64,000 bases of DNA from an uncultured Candidatus Saccharibacteria bacterium (GTDB taxonomy: Bacteria > Patescibacteriota > Minisyncoccia > Phycocordibacterales > DATGWK01): assembly GCA_964356815.1 (NCBI GenBank), contig CAYHIR010000004.1, forward strand, positions 842-64,841, given 5' to 3'. The notes under the pieces are model-generated. The model saw only the letters and a program-made list of their open reading frames with translations. It ran no database searches and had not been told where the DNA came from. Made by a program: the position numbers and the translations under genes. Below are positions 57,656 to 64,000 of the stretch, in pieces. How positions within the stretch are numbered: position 1 is the first letter of the stretch; each line of letters starts with the position of its first letter.

Positions 57656-58507
57656 ATGATAAAGAAAGAATTCACAGATGTAGAGGATATTCTGGAGAAA
57701 CGCCTCAATGAGCAGGTTCAATCTGGCAAATTAGAAGGCGAACAATGGTTCAGAAATCCTCTCGGATGGCTTCTTGTGTGTTTCAATAATCCTCTGAATT
57801 TCAAGAATCCAAACGGAGAATTAGTGGTGCTTCAAAACAATCAGAATGAGATATCAAAATATATAAAGGGCTTAAACCAAATACACTACGGTGTTGGTGT
57901 AGGAGAAACAGAATTAGAAATTGTAAGATTTGAGTTAGAGCAATCGAAGGTGGTTTCATTGGAAGGGATTGATATAAACAAAACCTTTATCGAGCTTTTT
58001 GGAGAGAACCTTAAAGACAAAGAGTTTGAATTCGGGAAAAATTCTATCCAAGCAAAGCTCATCCAGGATTTATTCCAAAATTACCAGCCCTCATTTAACG
58101 GCAATACGTTGCATGTGTGCCTTGGGGGAACATTAGGAAACTTTGATGATTCAAGTAGCGAGCTCTGGAGTATTTTTCAAAAGAATTCAAAATCGGGAGA
58201 TTGCCTACTGGTTGGAGTAAAGATGGATAAATATGTAGATATAGATTTCAAGAAATATCAGACCAATTATTATTATCCAGCGTTTGTTTTGTCTCATATT
58301 AAGAACGTGGATGCATCACTTATCAAATGGCGAAAAGATGAGAATAATTATTTTAGGATGAGCTATGACGGTATTGAGGTTTTCAGAACAAGACGATTCA
58401 ATAAAGATAACCTTATAAAAGAAGCGGGTACTCATGGTTTCAAATTCGCAGATTCTTGGACATGCGAGTATGAACATTCATTAGTGGTGCTCTTTAAGAG
58501 AAACTAG
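57656..58507 (+). CDS. EgtD-like (histidine methyltransferase family) SAM-dependent methyltransferase
   Basis: HYGVGVG, GIDIN, CLGGTLGNF, GDCLLVGV; SD GGAGG. Confidence 0.6.
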   Translation: MIKKEFTDVEDILEKRLNEQVQSGKLEGEQWFRNPLGWLLVCFNNPLNFKNPNGELVVLQNNQNEISKYIKGLNQIHYGVGVGETELEIVRFELEQSKVVSLEGIDINKTFIELFGENLKDKEFEFGKNSIQAKLIQDLFQNYQPSFNGNTLHVCLGGTLGNFDDSSSELWSIFQKNSKSGDCLLVGVKMDKYVDIDFKKYQTNYYYPAFVLSHIKNVDASLIKWRKDENNYFRMSYDGIEVFRTRRFNKDNLIKEAGTHGFKFADSWTCEYEHSLVVLFKRN

Positions 58508-58552
58508 TTAGACCGAGGTGTTTCAGTTCGAGCTGTGAGCTATAATTTTCTC

Positions 58553-59203
58553 ATGAAACATTTTGCCGAAGGTTTCCAATACAAAGTTTACGACATTGGG
58601 AACAACCGAGTTTTGAAGAAAACACAGTCGTATCTCTACACCTTCTTCAAAGTATTTGTTCTGGTAAGAGAGCGAGAAAACGCTTCTATTTTTAAAGCTT
58701 TCGTTGTCGCAGTAAATTCTAATAAAGAAAATAAAAGAGCCTTGCAAAAAATGAAAGAGAAAATGAAAGTAATTCCCCTAGATTTATTTGCTAACCCTGA
58801 ATTTATTGGAGACACCCTGAACTTTACTCAAGATAAAGTTACGCCAGTTGAGGATTATTTAATTCAAAGCAGTTTGGAAAATAATAAAAAAATTGTTGAT
58901 GGCTATATTGAATTGCAAAAATTATTTTGGTCATACGGTATTCACGATTCGGTGTATAAATTTCAACCAAATTATGGAGTTAATTCTCAGGGGAAAGTCG
59001 TTTGCATAGATTTCGGAGAATTTATATTTACAAAACTGGAGGCATTAAAGAATCTAGAAAAAGGGAAGTGGTTTTTCAGATTGTCTTACAAGAAATGGGC
59101 TGAGAGTGAAATAAAAACTTACTATACGGACGCAATGAAAAGAACCATGGTTAAAGATGTATTGCAGAAGTATTGGAATACAAAAATTCCTAACTCTGTT
59201 TAA
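58553..59203 (+). CDS. Protein-kinase-like fold protein
   Basis: EG.QYKVY...VLK, GIHD....PNYG, CIDFGE. Confidence 0.55.
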   Translation: MKHFAEGFQYKVYDIGNNRVLKKTQSYLYTFFKVFVLVRERENASIFKAFVVAVNSNKENKRALQKMKEKMKVIPLDLFANPEFIGDTLNFTQDKVTPVEDYLIQSSLENNKKIVDGYIELQKLFWSYGIHDSVYKFQPNYGVNSQGKVVCIDFGEFIFTKLEALKNLEKGKWFFRLSYKKWAESEIKTYYTDAMKRTMVKDVLQKYWNTKIPNSV

Positions 59204-60195
59204 TTCTTTCTCATCTCAAACCACTCAATAGTTTTCTTTAATCCCTCTTCAAATTTTACTTTTGGTTTGTAGCCGAGAATTTTGTTGGCCTTGGAAATGT
59301 CGGCGTAAGAGTGGCGGACATCGCCGATACGTGTTGGGCGTTTTTCTAAATTGAGTTTTTTACCGGTGTGCGCCGTGAACCGCTCGATCATTTTCGCAGT
59401 TTGGTTGAGACTGATTCGACTGCCGCAGGCAATGTTGAAAGCCTCGCCACCGAGCCGTTTTTTTGATTTCATTGCGAGGATATTTGCCGAAACCACATTT
59501 TCGATAAAACAAAAATCACGGGTCTGATTGCCGTCGCCCTCGATGTAACCTCTAAGGAATTTTTTGTCGCCGCGGCTGGTTTTTGCGGGGAAGATTGTCT
59601 CGAGCCAAGCGGGGATTACTGCGGCGTAAGCAGTGCCGGCATATTGGCCAGGACCGAAGACGTTGAAATAGCGGAGACAGACTGTATCGAGTGATGAAAT
59701 TTCACTGGCAATGCGGCAGAAGATTTCACCGGCATATTTTTGGGCACCATACGGAGATTTTGGATTGGGAGCATTTTCCGATTCTTTGGTGGGCATTTTG
59801 GCTGCGCCGCCGTATACAGCAGATGAAGCGGAATAAATAAATCTTTTCACGTTGTGTTTTTGTGAGGTCTCAAGAAGGGCGACTGTTCCTATGGTGTTTA
59901 TCTCACTCGTTTCTCGTGGGTGTTCTATTGAGTAGGAAACGCGAGGTAGGGCGGCAAAATGAAAAATAAATTCCGGCTTGTGTTTGGCAAAAATTTTCTC
60001 AAGAAGTGCGGCGTCGAGAATTGATCCTCTGTAGAAGGTGATTGATGGCTCAATTGCACTGCGGCGGCCGGTTGAAAGATTGTCTATGCCGACTATTTCT
60101 GTGTTTGGAAATTCTTTTCTAAACTGTTTGCAGAAATTACCGCCAATAAAGCCGGCGCAACCGGTAACGAGGATGGATTTTGGTTTTGTCGACAC
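59200..60195 (-). CDS. NDP-sugar 4-epimerase (GalE/WbpP-like extended SDR)
   Basis: VTGCAGFIG, SPYGAQK, LRYFNVFGP, GDGNQTRDF. Confidence 0.9.
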   Translation of the reverse strand: MSTKPKSILVTGCAGFIGGNFCKQFRKEFPNTEIVGIDNLSTGRRSAIEPSITFYRGSILDAALLEKIFAKHKPEFIFHFAALPRVSYSIEHPRETSEINTIGTVALLETSQKHNVKRFIYSASSAVYGGAAKMPTKESENAPNPKSPYGAQKYAGEIFCRIASEISSLDTVCLRYFNVFGPGQYAGTAYAAVIPAWLETIFPAKTSRGDKKFLRGYIEGDGNQTRDFCFIENVVSANILAMKSKKRLGGEAFNIACGSRISLNQTAKMIERFTAHTGKKLNLEKRPTRIGDVRHSYADISKANKILGYKPKVKFEEGLKKTIEWFEMRKN

Positions 60196-60198
60196 TTT

Positions 60199-60471
60199 TT
60201 ATTTCACCGAATCCTTGAGAGCTTTGGCGGCGCGGAATTTTGGCACGCGCATGGCTGGCACGCTGATTGCTTCGCCAGTGCGAGGATTGCGGGCTTGGCG
60301 GGCGGCGCGCATCTTGGTGGAGAAAATACCGAGACCAGCGATAGAAACCTCACCGCCACCCTTGAGAGTATCAACGATAGAGTTGATTATCATGTCAACA
60401 ACTTCTTCAGCTTGGACTTTCGTACCGCCGAGTTTTGTGTGCACAGCTTCTACGATTCCTTGTTTGTTCAT
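60199..60471 (-). CDS. hup: DNA-binding protein HU
   Basis: MNKQ, GLGIFS, RAARQARNPRTGE, PKFRAAKALKD. Confidence 0.96.
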   Translation of the reverse strand: MNKQGIVEAVHTKLGGTKVQAEEVVDMIINSIVDTLKGGGEVSIAGLGIFSTKMRAARQARNPRTGEAISVPAMRVPKFRAAKALKDSVK

Positions 60472-60616
60472 TTTTTTTGAGCTTAATTTTAAGGCTTCTT
60501 ATAATGTTTCGTAATGCTCTTTTCGCTTTAGATTATATTATAGGCCGTTTTTTAAGCAAGCGGCGACAGGATTGCCATAGAATATGGCTAATATAGGATT
60601 TTGCATCATCTGTACT

Positions 60617-61396
60617 CTAAAGTTTCCTCGCTGTGTTAAACATGTAGTCAAATATTTTTTCAAATGTTTCTCGCACACTTTCATTTTCAATAATTGTGGT
60701 AATTATGTTGTTTTTAAAGTCGATAATCGCCACCTTGTTACCATATATTGTTATCTGTGCGGGGACATCAAAATCGTCAACGATTCGCCGATCAACCAAA
60801 AACGAAGCGTCTTCTTTTCTCTGTATTTCAATGTCTGCTTCTTCTCTATTTTCACTTAAAGCGCCTGGTAATGCTCCAACAATTTTTGTTTTTAATCCAG
60901 CTGATACTCTAAGACCCCGCTGTTTTTTTATTAAAGCTTTGTTTTCAGGAAAGGTTCTGTCTAAGTGGGAACGAAACAGCTTTATGTCCTCCCCGCTCCT
61001 TATGATGTCCTGATGCAACTCTTCTAAACCGCTTAATCCCTCTCCAAAACGAACGCTAGGTTTGCCGATCGTAATGTTGTATGAAGAAATGGCGTTACCG
61101 ATTTCTGCCCTTATTTGATTGAATGAATTCTCAATAATCACCCGTTTCTCCTCTACCATATCGAGGATTCTCTGGGGGTGTTCGGCCCTGAAGATGGCAA
61201 TCTCTCCCTTATTTTCTATTTTTTGGGCGAGCTTGAGAGATGTAAGTTGATTTAAAATCTTATATACAAAACTCCTCTCCATCTCACAGAGCCTAGAAAT
61301 TCTACTTGCCGGCAAGCCTTTATTTTTAAGAAGAGCATCGTAAATTTTTGCTTGTTCTTCGGTCAATCCAGCTGATAAAAAGAGTTTTTGATACAT
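60617..61396 (-). CDS. TrmB-family transcriptional regulator
   Basis: GLTEEQAKIYDALL wHTH, EGLSGL, IYGNKVAII, IIENE....F. Confidence 0.85.
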   Translation of the reverse strand: MYQKLFLSAGLTEEQAKIYDALLKNKGLPASRISRLCEMERSFVYKILNQLTSLKLAQKIENKGEIAIFRAEHPQRILDMVEEKRVIIENSFNQIRAEIGNAISSYNITIGKPSVRFGEGLSGLEELHQDIIRSGEDIKLFRSHLDRTFPENKALIKKQRGLRVSAGLKTKIVGALPGALSENREEADIEIQRKEDASFLVDRRIVDDFDVPAQITIYGNKVAIIDFKNNIITTIIENESVRETFEKIFDYMFNTARKL

Positions 61397-61508
61397 GGTC
61401 TTTATAAATTGTTATAGATTTGTAACAAATATATCGTATAGAAATAACGAAAAAAGTCAACATGTTATGGGTAATATAACACTAAAATTATAAAATGTTA
61501 TAAATACA

Positions 61509-61536
61509 TTGACAAATTTAATGAATGTGATAGTGT
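61509..61536 (+). promoter_or_regulatory. Promoter of the ribozyme-punctuated operon
   Basis: TTGACA-N16-TAGTGT with extended TG; palindrome TTATAA-AATG-TTATAA just upstream. Confidence 0.55.
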
Positions 61537-61651
61537 ATCTGCAGAAAGTTTTTATCTGCCTCCCTAAGGGGCTTCTACCCAGTAATATATCGTAGAAGCC
61601 CATTAAGGGGGACGGATATGTGTTCTTTAAACCTTTTATAGGAGATTTGAA

Positions 61652-61756
61652 ATGGCCCAAGGAAAAGGTTTTGTGTTACGAATTGGCACAAGTTTAACAG
61701 TCGTCATCGTCTGTGGCCAAATGGTGAGCCTGGAAAAGCAGTGTTCCCGAAGTTGA
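61652..61756 (+). CDS. Small ORF1 (34 aa) of the ribozyme operon
   Basis: SD AGGAGA; MAQGKGFVLRIGTSLTVVIVCGQMVSLEKQCSRS. Confidence 0.4.
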   Translation: MAQGKGFVLRIGTSLTVVIVCGQMVSLEKQCSRS

Positions 61757-61774
61757 GAGCTTCGATGGAAACTC

Positions 61775-61829
61775 TCTCTGTCGCAAAGTGTGTACTTTGC
61801 CTGACGAGCTTGAAAGGGCGAAACAGAGA
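61775..61829 (+). ncRNA. Type III hammerhead ribozyme 1
   Basis: TCTCTG-TC^, stem I GCAAAG/TGTGTA/CTTTGC, core CTGACGA, stem II GCTT/GAAA/GGGC, GAAA, CAGAGA; predicted cleavage after C61782. Confidence 0.92.
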
Positions 61830-61863
61830 TGTTCTTTCAAAAGAATTTAGCAGGAGTTCTACC

Positions 61864-62220
61864 ATGAAGGTATGCCATATCTGTGGAAACCATGGATCCG
61901 TGACCATCATTGAAATGGTCACTTGTTCCAAGGGTTGCTGCAAAGCAACTCGCAACCAATTTGGATTGAAGATCGTTGAAGGAGGAGACCCGAGCAAGTG
62001 TGGCGGTGCAGAAAAGCATGCCGCAGTCGGGATTTGTGGGAGGTGTGTTGAAGAAAAAACCTGCGGAAGATACAGTCATCTTCCAATTCCAGGAGGAAAA
62101 CAGGCACCACCCCCTGCTCTTCCACCTCGATCTTCTTCGAATTCGAAATCAGTTGTGTCTGACACATCTGATCTAGAACGACGGAGGAGAAATACTTCGG
62201 TTAGATTCCGGAGCGCTTGA
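61864..62220 (+). CDS. Cys-rich small ORF2 (118 aa), probably metal-binding
   Basis: SD AGGAG; CHIC, CSKGCC and CGRC motifs; basic Pro/Ser-rich tail. Confidence 0.6.
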   Translation: MKVCHICGNHGSVTIIEMVTCSKGCCKATRNQFGLKIVEGGDPSKCGGAEKHAAVGICGRCVEEKTCGRYSHLPIPGGKQAPPPALPPRSSSNSKSVVSDTSDLERRRRNTSVRFRSA

Positions 62221-62267
62221 TAAGCGAGTACTATCGGAAGTTTTGGGAGACTTCAAAAAAATCTCCC

Positions 62268-62318
62268 TCTGTCGTGAAGTGTGTACTTCACCTGATGAGT
62301 CTGAAAAGACGAAACAGA
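62268..62318 (+). ncRNA. Type III hammerhead ribozyme 2
   Basis: TCTG-TC^, stem I GTGAAG/TGTGTA/CTTCAC, core CTGATGA, stem II GTCT/GAAA/AGAC, GAAA, CAGA; predicted cleavage after C62273. Confidence 0.93.
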
Positions 62319-62359
62319 AAAAGTTCTTTGAATTTACACCACTGTATTGGGAGATAAAC

Positions 62360-62638
62360 ATGATGATCAAGAAGGATCAGGTTCATGCCGATTTTCTCAT
62401 TGGTGCGTGCATCCGGACAGGGTGGCCGACGGAAGAGGTGATCCCGCTTGTTTACGGGGCGTCTCAACCAGAGGTGGATCGCCTTGTCGAGCACTGTCTC
62501 GAGAGAAAAGAGTTCTCGTTGGCTTTCGACGCTACGTACCTTGGTGCGTCAGAGGCAATGAAGGACCGTGTGGTGACGGCTCACATTCAAAACCGCCGCC
62601 CATTCCCACCCGGACCACCGTCGTGGTTCCGGGAATAA
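62360..62638 (+). CDS. Small ORF3 (92 aa)
   Basis: SD GGGAG; two internal YGAS/YLGAS helical repeats. Confidence 0.55.
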   Translation: MMIKKDQVHADFLIGACIRTGWPTEEVIPLVYGASQPEVDRLVEHCLERKEFSLAFDATYLGASEAMKDRVVTAHIQNRRPFPPGPPSWFRE

Positions 62639-62682
62639 AGACGAAACAGAAGTGTTCTTTTCACCACCACAGGAGATTTCAC

Positions 62683-62916
62683 ATGGAATTTGTCGTTATT
62701 GTGATCAAAAACACCGGTCCGGAAGGTTCGTTTGAGAGCCGTGTCAACGTCCTAGACAACACCCTCCAACCTCTCGGGTCCATTGTTTGTGTTCACCACC
62801 CCGACGATCCATCCGACCAGCGCCGGGTGCAGCTACACAACCCTTGGCATGCCGCGGATGTAGAGGAACACATCGCACGGCAAGGTTTCAAGGTGGTGAA
62901 GAGATATCGTGGTTAA
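62683..62916 (+). CDS. Small ORF4 (77 aa)
   Basis: SD AGGAGA; followed by a terminator. Confidence 0.55.
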   Translation: MEFVVIVIKNTGPEGSFESRVNVLDNTLQPLGSIVCVHHPDDPSDQRRVQLHNPWHAADVEEHIARQGFKVVKRYRG

Positions 62917-62951
62917 GTCCACAAACGTTTTCGGTTCACGTTAAGCAACCG

Positions 62952-62980
62952 AAGCCACGATCAATTGATCGGGTTTTTTT
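62952..62980 (+). terminator. Intrinsic terminator closing the operon
   Basis: CGATC-AATT-GATCG stem extended by GCC/GGT, then a T-tract. Confidence 0.6.
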
Positions 62981-63000
62981 ATTATATTTTTACCGAAAAA

Positions 63001-64000
63001 TTATCTGGCAAACTCAGTGGCCCTCATCTCGCGGATGACGTTGACCTTTATCTCGCCTGGGTATTTGAGCTCGTTTTCGACGCGTAAAGCTATATTTCTA
63101 GCCATTTCTTTGGCTTCGAGGTCGGAAACTTGGGCAGGGAATACGAAGACGCGGATTTCGCGGCCGGCTTGGAGAGCGTACGATTTTTCTACGCCGGCAA
63201 AGGAGCTGGCTACTGCCTCGAGCTCGGAAAGGCGCTTGAGATAGTTTTCAACGCTATCGCGGCGGGCGCCAGGGCGACTACCAGAGATGGCGTCGGCAGT
63301 TTGGACAATAATAGACTCAATAGTCTCATACGGATATTCTCCATGATGAGCCTGCATGGCTTTGATGATTTCTTCGCTGGCGCCAAATTTTTGCAAGATG
63401 CGGCGGCCGATTTCTACATGCGAGCCAGCCACTTCATGATCGACAGCTTTGCCGATATCGTGAAGAAGGGCGCCAGCTTTTGCCACGGCCACATTTGCGC
63501 CGAGCTCTTCAGCGAGCATGCCGGCGATATGTGTCATTTCTATAGAATGCTGAAGCACATTTTGTCCGTAGCTTGTGCGGAAATGAAGGCGGCCGACGAT
63601 AGAAACAATGCGCGGGTCTAAGTTGAACACTCCCGCTTCATAAACGGCTTGTTCACCTTTTTCTTTTATAATTTTGTCTATCTCTTGTTTGGCTTTTTCA
63701 ACCATCTCCTCAATTTTCGCAGGTTGAATACGTCCATCTTGAATGAGATTTTCGAGAGCAACGCGCGCTAGCTGGCGGCGTACTGGGTCGAAAGAGGAGA
63801 TAGTGATGGCGCCTGGTGTATCGTCGACAATTATTTCCACACCCGTAGCGCGCTCGAAGGCCTTGATGTTTCGTCCTTCTTTACCAATAATTTTGCCCTT
63901 CACTTCGTCTGAAGGAATCGGCACGATGGTCGTCATAATTTCCGAAGACACAGAAGTGGCAAGGCGTTGAATAGTGACAGCCAAAATATCTTTGGCGCGG
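63001..64000 (-). CDS. rny: Ribonuclease Y (5' part lies outside the window)
   Basis: KH domain KGKIIGKEGRNI; RTSYGQNVL.HS; HD motif LLHDIGK; AGREIRV. Confidence 0.97.
   Translation of the reverse strand, partial: RAKDILAVTIQRLATSVSSEIMTTIVPIPSDEVKGKIIGKEGRNIKAFERATGVEIIVDDTPGAITISSFDPVRRQLARVALENLIQDGRIQPAKIEEMVEKAKQEIDKIIKEKGEQAVYEAGVFNLDPRIVSIVGRLHFRTSYGQNVLQHSIEMTHIAGMLAEELGANVAVAKAGALLHDIGKAVDHEVAGSHVEIGRRILQKFGASEEIIKAMQAHHGEYPYETIESIIVQTADAISGSRPGARRDSVENYLKRLSELEAVASSFAGVEKSYALQAGREIRVFVFPAQVSDLEAKEMARNIALRVENELKYPGEIKVNVIREMRATEFAR

Noticed and set aside
61741-61863. N-terminal extension of the 159-aa ORF, and likewise the 62243 and 62347 extensions
   Set aside because: They run through a ribozyme or overlap another ORF; SD-supported starts are at 61864, 62360 and 62683
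62600-62660. Third functional hammerhead
   Set aside because: No CUGANGA, stem I or matching cleavage triplet upstream; only the 3' half remains
1-64000. CRISPR array, rRNA, intact transposase or reverse transcriptase
   Set aside because: No regularly spaced repeats or matching motifs were found by eye

Overview
Origin-proximal region of a Patescibacteria (CPR, Parcubacteria-like) chromosome; the lineage is inferred from gene content. It holds ponA, a small accessory islet, dciA-like/dnaN/oriC/dnaA/rpmH/rnpA/yidC, and the CPR-type T4SS-like cluster (pilin fusion, VirB4, PrgI, VirB6-like), which is interrupted by an ion-channel gene and an AbiE TA pair. Next come rsmA, pcrA, a LysM-M23 peptidase, a 15-kb Liv-type ABC locus with eight substrate-binding paralogs, comM, a dksA-like gene, rpsO, a Xer recombinase, xth, cca, four tRNAs, a parS/DnaA-box cluster partly inside yraN, HU and rny. 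The most striking signal is at 61.5-63.0 kb. An operon of four small orphan ORFs, divergent from a TrmB regulator, is punctuated by two complete type III hammerhead ribozymes and a remnant of a third, each followed by a boxA-like motif and a Shine-Dalgarno site. Second, two orphan RNase genes (PemK/MazF and NYN) each carry a convergent, promoter-driven, two-hairpin small RNA at the 3' end, suggesting RNA antitoxins. All calls come from reading motifs by eye; no database searches were run.
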